DNA from: an uncultured Nitrososphaerota archaeon
GTDB lineage: Archaea > Thermoproteota > Nitrososphaeria > Nitrososphaerales > Gagatemarchaeaceae
Direction: 5' to 3'
Assembly: GCA_963718895.1 (NCBI GenBank)
Contig: CAVRAG010000010.1
Coordinates: 1-39,024, forward strand
Length of the DNA: 39,024 bases
Shown: piece by piece, positions 28,949-37,996 of the stretch
Position numbering within the stretch: the stretch's first letter is position 1
Layout of the letters: every line of letters begins with the position of its first letter
Notes under the pieces: model-generated
Told to the model about the DNA's origin: nothing
The model's database searches: none
The model's input: only the letters and a program-made list of their open reading frames with translations
Translations under genes and position numbers: made by a program

Positions 28949-29194
28949 ATGACTTCAGGCGTCATGAGGAAAGCGACCAAGGTGCTTGCGCTCATGTTGG
29001 CCGTCGCAGAGGCGATGCTCGTCATCTTTGGTGCCAGCCAGCAAGGGATATGTTCTCCTGCGGGCACTGGGTGCACTTCACCCAACTATGCGCCGGGCTA
29101 CGCAGGAATGGTCGTACTCGCCGCCGCAATCGCAGTGACGTTCGCATCGAGCAGGTCCGAGCCAGGTGCTGCACCCACGAAATCAGGCCGCTGA
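28949..29194 (+). CDS. Small 2-TM membrane protein
   Basis: Two hydrophobic helices around a C..AGTGC loop. Confidence 0.6.
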   Translation: MTSGVMRKATKVLALMLAVAEAMLVIFGASQQGICSPAGTGCTSPNYAPGYAGMVVLAAAIAVTFASSRSEPGAAPTKSGR

Positions 29195-29199
29195 TCGAG

Positions 29200-30023
29200 A
29201 TGGCCGCGCGGACCGATGTTCGCAACCTTGAGTACACGCTCTCTGCCGTGGCTCTCTTCAGCGCCTATGTAGTATAGAGCTCCGACCCGTCCGGGTTCGG
29301 TCCGCCCTTGGTGGGCGGGGTCGCGTACCTTTGGGCCGTCGTCCTGTTGATTGATGGGGTAGGGTTCGCAAAGAGGGGGCGATTGTCCTATCTTCTCGTG
29401 GTCGTCTCCGGTATTGTGACTGTCGTGCTCTTGGCCTACCTGACCACCGGCGGAAACGGCTCGCCAGTTCAGGGAAGCCAGGTCAGCTACTCCTGCACCG
29501 CCATCCAAGTCCCGAACGCGACGTCGCCGACGGGCTTCACGGGAGGAACCAAGTGCACTGGCAGTCCGTACTACAATGGTTCGAGCGTGTTGTACAACGT
29601 CGCCTTCTGGACTCCCATCGTGGGGTCCATCGTCTACGCGACGCCCAGCTGGATCGAGCCGGGAGAGTGGAACGTCGTGACGTCCTGCTCGCGCATCCTG
29701 AGGGGATCAGTTCCGGCAGGAACCCTGCTCCTCCTCACGTTCGGGTTGGACAACCTCTCTGCCGGCTACCCTGAGCTGTTCAACGGCCATTCGCCGCTTA
29801 ACCCGTTCGTTGCCTACAACCCCAACTGCGACAGTACCACGTTTGGCATCGTTAATTGCGTCCAGGTGAACGCGGCGTCCTACTTCATCGACTATATGTT
29901 TTGGATAGCCGTTGTCGCCCTTCTCGTGATCGCTCTGAGCGCATTGTCTGTGTCAGTGGAGAGGGGCTCCCCACCTTCCCCGGGTCAGAACTCTGTCCGA
30001 GTCGTCTCTGCTCAAGCCAGTGA
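29200..30023 (+). pseudogene. Multi-TM membrane protein with in-frame TAG; 3' end uncertain
   Basis: ATG at 29200, TAG at 29275-29277, same frame continues as ORF 29308. The run-on to 30315 is antisense to another gene. Confidence 0.5.
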
Positions 30024-30036
30024 CGCGGCACGAAGT

Positions 30037-30278
30037 CTAGCGATTTCGCTTGCTGAACCTTCCCCGCTTCGTCCCCAGACGGATCAGGATGATTCCGACA
30101 AGGATTGGGAGAACGCTGCCGAGGGTGGCTCCAAAGACGCCGCTGCTAATGATCAGTCCGGAAGGGAAGTCCCTTGTGATGCTGACTATGGCAGCGAGCA
30201 AGCCGATCGACAGGAAGAAGACCCCGCCGACGAGCAGAAGATTCAGTCTCGATTCCCTTCACCTCGGTTGCGGGTCAT
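30037..30278 (-). pseudogene. Small 2-TM protein with -1 frameshift
   Basis: MTRNRGEGNR then a shifted frame LNLLLVGGVFFLSIGLLAAIV...LPILVGIILIRLG...KRNR*. Span is 242 nt (3n-1). Confidence 0.5.
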
Positions 30279-30295
30279 GTGTCGCTCCGAATGTA

Positions 30296-31547
30296 TCACG
30301 TGCCCACCTCGATGACCAGCCAGACGGTCTGCTCGATGTGGAACTGGCAGCCCTGCGAGCCGAGGAGTGCCGGGATGTTCTGGCCGCCCGGGAACTCGGT
30401 TATCGGGCACGGCTGAGACACGATGATCGTGGGACCGTACCCTATGTAGTAGCCGAACTGCGAATAGGCGGGGTTCGTGAGAACCGACCAGTGGCCCGGG
30501 AGCGGACTCCTGCAGGAAGCCGGCGTACTCGAACGGCAGGTCGGTGCCGGGCCACAAGGTTGTCTCCCCGATCTGGAGAGCTGAGCCGGGGAAGGACTTG
30601 CTGAAGTCCTGCTGGAACCCGTAGTTGGAGACGTTGTAGTTGGCGACCTGCGTCTGGAACCTGGCCTGTGCGAAGGCGTCGAGGGTCTTGTTCTCGACCA
30701 GCCCGGTCCCGGTCCTGTTCGCGTTCACGTCCTGGATGAAGTAGCTCACCCAGTCGGCGGTCACGTCCTTGGTCGGCCACACCCCCTGGAACCATTGCTG
30801 GCGAACGACGCCTTGGAGGCCCAGGCCGGCGGTCACCTGGACAGTGTACCCGAAGACCTTGCCCGGGGTGACGGTCTCGTTGAGCGCCTGGTACGAAGAC
30901 CTGCACTCCGCCCCGGGCGCAAGGGTGAGAGCGCACAACCCGTCGGTGTCGGCTGCATAGGTGACCCAGTTCAGGCCGCTCTTGGTCGAGTTCTCCGCGG
31001 CCCCCAGGAGACCGGGAGGCGTGCTCGAGTTCTGCCCGTTCCCGGGAACGTCGAATCCCACGCGCACGCCGGCGAGAGGACTGGAGCCAACGTTCTCGAC
31101 GGAAGCGGTGAAGTTCACGATGCCCAGTGGTCCGCGGGCGATGGACACGTTCTGGATTTCAAGCACTCCTTGGGGGTTCAGCTCGATGGAGGGAAAGCCC
31201 ACCAACTCGGCCGCCACGACGGAGGTTCCCTTGACGAAGAAGAGCTCCGTGCTGTTCGCCTCTCGGACCGTGTAGTAGTCGCTGAATGGCTTCGCTCCGA
31301 CGCTGAGGAGAGCATATGAGATGGGAGCGTGGCCTACGACGATTGTCGGGGCAGGGGAGTCCGGAACCAATGTGAAACATTTCTGGCCCGGCGGGACCGA
31401 CGATCCAGGGCACGGTATCAACTCAAGCCGGGAGGAGACAGGCTGGAGCGACAGGCTGTATGGGACGATGGGGACGAAGAAGAGGAAAAGTACGATGAGC
31501 ACAGCGGCAATTGTAACGAGGCCGGACGTCCTTCTATGGAGCTTCAT
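30296..31547 (-). pseudogene. Membrane-anchored CAP/SCP-domain protein with +1 frameshift
   Basis: VNANR...L..FAQ.R...GE, then after one extra base near 30495 APG-HWSVLTNPAYSQFGYYIG...WLVIEVGT*, a CAP-type motif. Span is 1252 nt (3n+1). Confidence 0.72.
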
Positions 31548-31717
31548 CTCGATACCAGCAGGCTATGGTAAGTCGACAGATTGCGGAGGATCTGTCAGGG
31601 CCATGGATCGTGACAAGCCCGATTGTTATTTACGAGTTTACCTGCGTTTGTTTCTCGGCTTCTTGCGAGGCTGGTACGGTTCATTGCGCCTCCGCCTCAT
31701 GGAATGGTTCAGCGATT

Positions 31718-32221
31718 TCAGGGGCCAGTCGACGTCGACGTACATGTGAAGCTGAGGAACACCTGCAGGTTGACCACGACGTCTGACCCGCTGACCTGGA
31801 AGGTCCCGCTCCCCGGATAAAGTTCGACGAACCCTCCGCCGCCGCTCACGGTGTAATTGTAGATGCCCGGTCCAAGGGAGAAGGTCATCCGCGTCAGGTT
31901 TTGGTCCGGTACGACCGTCTGGGAGTAGCCGGTCGGCAGGGGAAGCGTCTGGTTCGACGGCTGTACCTGGGTCAGGCCTCCAATCGTCACCGCCCACGGC
32001 ATGATGTTGTACTGGCCGCAGTAGCGGACCTGCTGGAACGTCACCGCATAGAGCCGCGCTCCGGTGCTGGTAACGGTGGTTATACTGGTGAATGTGGTGG
32101 TCGCGGTCTTCGCTCCCCCTACCGCGACGAAGACACTTGCGGAGATCAGAACGCCTGCTATGACAATCGCAGCGGCGATGACGAGATAGCTCCGGCTGCC
32201 TGGGATGGTTGACGCAATCAA
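31718..32221 (-). CDS. Membrane-anchored surface protein (SRSYLV anchor, YxVTFQQ Ig-like domain Y)
   Basis: SRSYLVIAAAIVIAG anchor, LYAVTFQQ...PWAVT...GIYNYTV...SGTFQVSG. Confidence 0.8.
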   Translation of the reverse strand: MIASTIPGSRSYLVIAAAIVIAGVLISASVFVAVGGAKTATTTFTSITTVTSTGARLYAVTFQQVRYCGQYNIMPWAVTIGGLTQVQPSNQTLPLPTGYSQTVVPDQNLTRMTFSLGPGIYNYTVSGGGGFVELYPGSGTFQVSGSDVVVNLQVFLSFTCTSTSTGP

Positions 32222-32228
32222 CGCCTTC

Positions 32229-33029
32229 CTATGGTACCAGGTCCTCTCCGGAACCGATCATGAGTTGGTAAGCGCCGCCTTGGATGGGAGCCGGCAGCTC
32301 GATGGTAATCGACGTGGCGCTGGATGCCATGCAGTCGCCCTCTACGCCGTATTCGCCGTAGCAGGGCGGATTCGAGTACCACGCGGTGACCTGCTGCGAG
32401 TTCAGGTAGACTTGGGTGGCGAGCCCTGGGAAGAGGTCGCTCATCCCGCTCCCCGCGGTTATCGTGATATTGTATCCACCGTTGTTGGTCGGTGAGCTCA
32501 GGGAGAAGTTCAGCTTCCAGACGTCCCAGACGGCGTAGGTGTACCCAATCCCGCCGCCGCACATGACGCCGCAGGCGGTCGGCGTGGTCGTGTTGGTGTA
32601 TGTGTGCGAACAGGCGGCCGCAATGAGCGTGAGGGCCGGAGTGACGCTCACATTCACTCCAACATTGTTGGTCTTGCTCGTGTTCACGAGGACCAGCGCA
32701 GAAGCCTTCGTCGAGGATGCCGCCGAGATTCCACAACCGTAGTGGATGATGGTCGTCATGGGTGGAGGGACGTAGAGGCTGGAAGAAGAGGTGACCGTCG
32801 TGCTGGAGCTTGAGGTGGTCGTCGATGCCGTCCGCGATTGGGTGGAGTTCAGGCTGGTTGTGGTAGTGATGGAAGCCGTCGGTGGTACACTTGAGGTAGT
32901 TGCAATACAATCATGACATGTGTTCTTCTGCGACTCAAGCGCGACGAGCCCTACGACTCCAACAACGAGGATTAGAACCGCGACCATCGCAATGAGGGAG
33001 TTCGCGATTCCCCTTCTTCGAGCCCTCAT
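32229..33029 (-). CDS. Membrane-anchored Ser/Thr-rich surface protein, class III signal-like N-terminus
   Basis: RRRGIA followed by a hydrophobic stretch, long S/T linker, Cys-rich C-terminal domain. Confidence 0.8.
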   Translation of the reverse strand: MRARRRGIANSLIAMVAVLILVVGVVGLVALESQKNTCHDCIATTSSVPPTASITTTTSLNSTQSRTASTTTSSSSTTVTSSSSLYVPPPMTTIIHYGCGISAASSTKASALVLVNTSKTNNVGVNVSVTPALTLIAAACSHTYTNTTTPTACGVMCGGGIGYTYAVWDVWKLNFSLSSPTNNGGYNITITAGSGMSDLFPGLATQVYLNSQQVTAWYSNPPCYGEYGVEGDCMASSATSITIELPAPIQGGAYQLMIGSGEDLVP

Positions 33030-33061
33030 GTCAAGTCGATCGTTTGAAAGGTCGTTTTTGT

Positions 33062-33082
33062 GATTAATAGTTATGTCCGAAC
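33062..33082 (-). repeat. 21-bp element (exact)
   Basis: 32 bp upstream of the ATG at 33029 and only 13 bp from the stop of the upstream gene. Confidence 0.95.
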
Positions 33083-33095
33083 CAGTTCCGCCGCG

Positions 33096-33548
33096 CTACC
33101 GGGTCGGGCAGGTTGGCGCCGTATCTAGGTGTGGGGTGACGCAGTAGAGGGTGGAGTTTGTGAACCATGCAGTGTAAATCACCGTTGATTGGCTCCCGTT
33201 GATGGTGGTGATGCTCAGCCCGCCCGTCGCGTCGGTGTGGGTCTGCGTGATTGTTCCACCGCCGATGACGGTGTCGTTGTGGACGTAATAGTAGGCGCCG
33301 TTGTAGCTAATTAGTTCGACGCTGAGCGACGCGTTGACCTCCGATGATGGACAAGGCGCGGCCATCGCTTCGCACAGTCCGATGAACGCAGGCTCTCCGT
33401 GGACGGTGACGTTGCTGTTGATGACTCTCAGTCCGTTTCCTGAAAACTCGCGGCTATACGCCCAGTAGCCCGTCCCGACGGCTATGACCACCAGGATGAC
33501 GGCAACTACCATGACCGTCTTGGCGAACGCCGATCTCTGATGCTCCAC
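33096..33548 (-). CDS. Membrane-anchored surface protein
   Basis: GTG start EHQRSAFAK plus TM helix, Cys pairs, YTAWFTNSTLYC...CP. Confidence 0.75.
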   Translation of the reverse strand: MEHQRSAFAKTVMVVAVILVVIAVGTGYWAYSREFSGNGLRVINSNVTVHGEPAFIGLCEAMAAPCPSSEVNASLSVELISYNGAYYYVHNDTVIGGGTITQTHTDATGGLSITTINGSQSTVIYTAWFTNSTLYCVTPHLDTAPTCPTR

Positions 33549-33576
33549 CAAGTCGTTCCCTGAAGACGTGATGCTC

Positions 33577-33597
33577 AATTAATAGTTATGTTCGGAC
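33577..33597 (-). repeat. 21-bp element variant GTCCGAACATAACTATTAATT
   Basis: 18/21 identical to the consensus, 28 bp upstream of the GTG at 33548. Confidence 0.88.
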
Positions 33598-33735
33598 GTC
33601 TTGGGCGAGCAGTCATACCGGGACGCGATTAGGCATCTAACTCATGGTGATGTTCTGGCTCGGCTGCACGTGCGAGCCTATGTTGTTTGTACGTGAGGCA
33701 GCCGGCACTCCTGCACCGCACCGCCGGACCGCTGC

Positions 33736-34140
33736 TCAGTCGCCGATGTAGATCACGCGGTCCATGCCCTTGAAGTGTGGGTCCCCCGTGATTATCTTTC
33801 CTCCCTTCACCATCGCTACGGCCAGCACGAATGAGTCCAGCATCCCCCAGTCCTTTGTCTTCTTCTTTTGCTTGAAGTTCATGTCGCCGGCGACCTCCGC
33901 GACCTCGGCGTCAATCTCGGTCACGACGGTCCTGCTCCTCACGAACGTCACAACGCGCGCCATCAGCTGTCGTGGAAGGCCGTGCCTGAGCATCGATTCC
34001 TTCAGCTCGGCCAGCACCGACGCGGGCGTTAAAGCCTCGGAGACAGTCTCCAGAGCTCGCGCCACCCTCTCTGCCTTGGGAGAGTCCAGGGCGTACTCGA
34101 CCCAGGCGTATGCGTCGAATACGACCGCTCCCTCTTTCAA
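33736..34140 (-). CDS. vapC: PIN-domain toxin
   Basis: VFDAYAWVEY, LAEL, GMLDSFVLA, ITGDPHF acidic PIN residues. Confidence 0.9.
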   Translation of the reverse strand: MKEGAVVFDAYAWVEYALDSPKAERVARALETVSEALTPASVLAELKESMLRHGLPRQLMARVVTFVRSRTVVTEIDAEVAEVAGDMNFKQKKKTKDWGMLDSFVLAVAMVKGGKIITGDPHFKGMDRVIYIGD

Positions 34141-34146
34141 CCGGGC

Positions 34147-34347
34147 TCAGACCTCCCTGTCTTCGGAGCCGCGCCGGAAAGTGAAACCCGAGCCCTTCAG
34201 GATGCCCCGGATGTCCCCTGCGGGCTTCTCGATCCTCTTCACTAGGATAACGTCTCCCTCCTTCGCCCCAATCTCCTCGAGCTTCCTTTTTGGGATGAGG
34301 ATTCCGTATCCCGTGCCTATCCTTCTGACCTTCGCCTCCAATACCAT
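34147..34347 (-). CDS. vapB: AbrB/MazE/SpoVT-type antitoxin
   Basis: KVRRIGTGYGILIPK...G.KEGD, directly upstream of vapC. Confidence 0.88.
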   Translation of the reverse strand: MVLEAKVRRIGTGYGILIPKRKLEEIGAKEGDVILVKRIEKPAGDIRGILKGSGFTFRRGSEDREV

Positions 34348-34364
34348 GCTCGTACTGATGCGGC

Positions 34365-34382
34365 ATTATAATGGATTATAAT
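34365..34382. promoter_or_regulatory. Putative vapBC operator/TATA
   Basis: ATTATAAT-GG-ATTATAAT, two palindromic 8-mers 18-35 bp upstream of vapB. Confidence 0.55.
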
Positions 34383-34806
34383 ATAAGCGCATCGGAGCCG
34401 GAGCGACAGGCTGCTCTTATGGCAACGGCCTTGGTCGATTACCGCCCGGTCAGCGTACTCAGCTTCGTCTTGGCGGCAGTTCGTACACCGAAAGTCTTGT
34501 TTGTACTCATTCCGCGTGACCGACATGACGTGTGGGACCTCGACGACTATGGATGCCACTTCGCGACTACCTTCGTTCGCTTGCAGGTAACAGCTTTGAT
34601 TTCTGATTGATAGTAATGTCAAATCTCGGCGTCTTGCTACCTCGCTCGGACCGGCTGGAAGGTGACCGGCCGTACGTCTACGAAGTAACACAGGCGTGCC
34701 GGCGGTACCTGGGGATGGTACATTTGGCTTGCGCGTGGATGACCTGCCGGCAAGGAGAAATTATTGGTGAGGCTTTTATTCGGCAAAGAAGAATTCGGGC
34801 GATATC

Positions 34807-35397
34807 ATGAGAAAAATATTCCTATACATGGCTATCACTCTTGATGGGTTTGTTGCAGGGGCAAGGAACGATCTGGATTGGTTTACGCCTCCGATGAACG
34901 ACGAGGAGCTAAACAAGGACATTGTCGATATAGTCGAGAGTGCAGATACGGCAATCATTGGATTTCCGACAGGCCCCGGCCTTGTCGCCTACTGGCAGAA
35001 CGTGGAGAAGAATGAAAAGACCCGGGGGTGGGAGATGGCGATTGCAAAGGCCGTAAACAAACTTCACCCAATCGTAATCTCAAACAGACAGGAGACGGTC
35101 GAACCAGGCATCGAGTTGGTAGTTGCAAGGGACGACGGCGAATTTACAAGAGTGATAGATGCGATAAGGCAGAGAAAGGGCGGGGCCATATATGTACCCG
35201 GCGGAGCACGTACCGCGCAGACGCTTGTCAGGCTGGGATTGGTGGACGAATATGTTCTCATGGTACACCCGGTGGCAATCGGTGAGGGCAAGCGCCTGTA
35301 CACCAGTACGGTCAAGCTTGAGTTGGTGAGCTCGAAGGCCTACAAATCCGGAGTCGTCCAGATGCGCTATCGCCCACTCGAGGCCATGAATCCCTAA
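34807..35397 (+). CDS. Dihydrofolate reductase-like (RibD C-terminal domain) protein
   Basis: MAITLDGFVA, GGA..AQTL...GLVDEY.L.VHPV.IG.GKRL, SGVV..RY. Confidence 0.9.
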   Translation: MRKIFLYMAITLDGFVAGARNDLDWFTPPMNDEELNKDIVDIVESADTAIIGFPTGPGLVAYWQNVEKNEKTRGWEMAIAKAVNKLHPIVISNRQETVEPGIELVVARDDGEFTRVIDAIRQRKGGAIYVPGGARTAQTLVRLGLVDEYVLMVHPVAIGEGKRLYTSTVKLELVSSKAYKSGVVQMRYRPLEAMNP

Positions 35398-35577
35398 CGA
35401 GTTCGGAACACAGCCCCACTTTGCGGTGCTTAGCTGTACTCTGTGGCTGATTCGCTAGACTAGTCGTTGGTAGTGCAATCGTCGCTACGATGGAGCGAGG
35501 AGCGGCTCCTCTCAAGCTATAAGCGGCCTTTAGCCGATGAACAACGACTGATTTTGGAGGCTAGTCCACGGAGCCTC

Positions 35578-36546
35578 ATGAAGGCGGTAGTCTGCACGCG
35601 CTACGGGCCGCCCGAGGTCCTCGAGATTGAAGAGGTGCAGAAGCCCATACCCAAGGACGATGAGGTCCTTGTGAGGGTCTATGCTACGACGGCGGCGCGA
35701 GGTGACTGCGAGCTGCGGAGCCTCAAGCTCCCTCTGTTGCTGCAGATTCCGGTACGGATTGGGTTTGGCATGAGGGGGCCGAGGAGGAGAATCCTGGGTC
35801 AGGAACTCGCTGGGCAGGTAGAGTTGGTGGGGAAGGACGTGATGCGCTTCAAGGAGGGCGACAAGGTCTTCGCCTTCACGGGCTTCCGCCTTGGCGCGTA
35901 TGCCGAGTACGACTGCCTAGGTGAACGGGCGCTCATGACGACGATGCCGTCGAACATGACCTACGAGGAGGCGGCAGCTGTACCGGTGGGCGGGCTCCAT
36001 GCGGTGCACCTTCTGCAGAGGTCGCGCATCCAGCCCGGACAGAAGGTCCTGATCGTCGGCGCAGGTGGGTCAATAGGCACGTTCGCGGTGCAAATCGCCA
36101 AGGCCTCAGGGGCCGAGGTGACCGGGGTGGACATCGGGAGGAAGCTGGATGTGGTGCGCTCAATTGGTGGGGACCATGTGATTGACTACATGAAGGAGGA
36201 CTTCACCGAGGACGGGCAGAAATATGACGTCATCCTCGATGTGATTGGCAAGAGCTCGTTCACGAAATCGATTAGGTCGCTGAGTGAGAAGGGGTTCTAC
36301 CTCTTGGGGAACCCTGGGCTCGGGGAGCAGCTCCAATCGGCAATCACAAGGAAGGGCGGCAAGAGGGTGATAGGCGGCACGGTCGCCTACGGTACCCAGG
36401 ACTTGATTCTGCTCAGAAAGTTGATTGAGGATGGGAAGTTGAAGTCGGTGATTGACAGGCGCTACACGCTGGACCAGATTGTTCAAGCGCATAGGTACGT
36501 GGATGAAGGGCGGAAGATAGGAAATGTTTCGGTATCCGTAGCCTAA
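35578..36546 (+). CDS. NAD(P)-dependent MDR-family oxidoreductase (quinone reductase-like)
   Basis: MKAVV...YGPPEVL, GAYAEY, EEAAAVP, GAGGSIGTFAVQIAK, IDRRYTL...AHRY. Confidence 0.92.
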   Translation: MKAVVCTRYGPPEVLEIEEVQKPIPKDDEVLVRVYATTAARGDCELRSLKLPLLLQIPVRIGFGMRGPRRRILGQELAGQVELVGKDVMRFKEGDKVFAFTGFRLGAYAEYDCLGERALMTTMPSNMTYEEAAAVPVGGLHAVHLLQRSRIQPGQKVLIVGAGGSIGTFAVQIAKASGAEVTGVDIGRKLDVVRSIGGDHVIDYMKEDFTEDGQKYDVILDVIGKSSFTKSIRSLSEKGFYLLGNPGLGEQLQSAITRKGGKRVIGGTVAYGTQDLILLRKLIEDGKLKSVIDRRYTLDQIVQAHRYVDEGRKIGNVSVSVA

Positions 36547-36598
36547 AAGTTACAAGAATTATAGGGAGGTTTAACTCGATGACGAGTATACCCACGCT

Positions 36599-36925
36599 CC
36601 CCTTGACTTCCACTGGAACCTAAAGATGAACCTCAAAATATTTCATATTTTGATATGGTAAAGATGCTCGCTCTTGGATGGAATTATACAGACATAATAC
36701 TAATCATCCATTTCTTGTGAGTTATGCCTAGTTAGTGGTCACCCGACCAGGAAAGGAGCTCCAAACAACCTCCACTGGAAACGTAGGGGTGTGGGTGATC
36801 CAGTGAACTCAAGTGAACCATACAGTAAACTAAGTGTGGAAACGACCTCATATGATGAAAAGAGTATGTTTCCAGGCTCAATCCCCCTTTGGCCGGACGA
36901 CCCACCCCTCCATTTCCACTGGAAC
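36599..36925. other. Replication origin (oriC): three ORBs and an AT-rich DUE
   Basis: ORBs at 36599-36619 (-, GTTCCAGTGGAAGTCAAGGGG), 36771-36790 (+, TCCACTGGAAACGTAGGGGT) and 36904-36925 (-, GTTCCAGTGGAAATGGAGGGGT). AT-rich tract at about 36620-36730 between the first inverted pair, within a ~525-bp non-coding gap. Confidence 0.88.
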
Positions 36926-37072
36926 CTGTCCAGCCTAGCACGCTCATCGTCCATCTGTGAAGAAGTGTGAACCCCCCAAATCGTATCGCCAGGTAGTCAA
37001 GACTAGTTTGCAACCTGTTCACAAGTTCACACCATCGGGCCATTTATCGGGACCTGTAGCGGCTGCACTCCC

Positions 37073-37474
37073 TTGCGGAAACGGGTGAAGGTCGAGTTCC
37101 AGGACGGTACCGGTACCAAGTACAGCCTTGCCGTAGAGGGACGCATATCCCGCGAGAAGGTCCTCAAGATCATGGACCTCATGGAACTAGTGGAGGGCAA
37201 CGACGGCATAGAGCAGCCCCCTATGGACGAGTCGACCACATTCGGCCAGGTTTTCAAGATAATCGAGACGTCCTACATCGGCAAGGAGTTCTCCTCGGCA
37301 GACATTGCCCGGGACTACGAAGACCAACACGGCCAACCCATAGCGCTAAGCACGGTCTCCACATACCTCTCACGGTTCGCCGAGAGGGGGACCCTCAAGA
37401 GGCAAAAATTCGGCAACTCGTGGGTGTACCGGAGGGTGCACCTAGCACCTGACCAAGTACAGACGCTCAAGTAA
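37073..37474 (+). CDS. Conserved archaeal protein with C-terminal winged helix, origin-adjacent
   Basis: RVKVEF.D..G.KY...EG..SREKVLK N-domain, FSS.DI..DYE...LSTVSTYLSR...G.L.R wHTH. Confidence 0.8.
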   Translation: MRKRVKVEFQDGTGTKYSLAVEGRISREKVLKIMDLMELVEGNDGIEQPPMDESTTFGQVFKIIETSYIGKEFSSADIARDYEDQHGQPIALSTVSTYLSRFAERGTLKRQKFGNSWVYRRVHLAPDQVQTLK

Positions 37475-37768
37475 CCACAGCAACCCATCTTAGGTACCTA
37501 ATTAACCGGCTAGGTCAATTCGCAGACGCAGCTACTAGACAAGTCTCGAGAAACCATCACAAACGTTCTTCCCGTGACCGATGTACAGGACCACCCACCC
37601 CTGCGTCTTCGACTATCTCGAAAGACCTGTAGTCGCCGACCCTCAGCCTCCAGAACCGCCAAGGTTTGAGCCGGTCCCCCTTGTCGGGAGACGACTGAAG
37701 CTCCAGCATCGACTGCACGACCAGGGAAGAGAAGGTTTTTGTTGTTCTTCAATATCAAAATGACTCTA

Positions 37769-37996
37769 ATGGCAGAGGACACGACCTGCGATTATGCGAA
37801 GGGACAACCACGGTGCGGAAAACGAGGTTTCAGGGAAGTATGGAAGAAACGAGGCGACGGAAAGTGGCATGTCCTCTGCTACAAGCATTTCATCAATGAG
37901 AAGAAGATGGACCCGCCTCGCAGCGTGGGGCAGCATTCAGCAGTGAACCTCGGCCGGTTTCGACTTGTCAGAACGAACTGTGGCGTTCGGACATAA
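37769..37996 (+). CDS. Small Cys/His (Zn-finger-like) hypothetical protein
   Basis: C...C...LCYKH pattern. Its stop codon is the TAA inside the 21-bp element. Confidence 0.45.
   Translation: MAEDTTCDYAKGQPRCGKRGFREVWKKRGDGKWHVLCYKHFINEKKMDPPRSVGQHSAVNLGRFRLVRTNCGVRT

Noticed and set aside
28261-29277. Amber recoding (pyrrolysine) suggested by three in-frame TAGs
   Set aside because: TAG terminates core genes here (PPOX, peroxiredoxin, thyX, DP1), and one TAG aligns with a Trp codon in the paralog. Simple decay explains it.
22476-33597. 21-bp element as a classical integron attC
   Set aside because: GTTCGGA does not fit GTTRRRY and there is no consistent upstream RYYYAAC or long hairpin. 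One copy is only 13 bp from the previous stop. No intI gene is in the window.
34371-34810. ORFs 34371-34610 and 34607-34810
   Set aside because: No recognisable motif and uncertain starts. They may be relics but cannot be supported.
35391-35470. attC-like segment after the DHFR-like gene (CCCTAAC...TCGTTGG, containing GTTCGGAAC)
   Set aside because: Only the ends pair and L boxes are not evident. It is a single instance and would need an attC covariance-model hit.
12056-36546. Provirus or integrative element
   Set aside because: No integrase, transposase, capsid, packaging or replication genes and no flanking att or tRNA duplication were seen.
36732-37043. ORFs 36732-37043 and 36739-36954
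   Set aside because: They overlap the ORB cluster and have non-protein-like composition.
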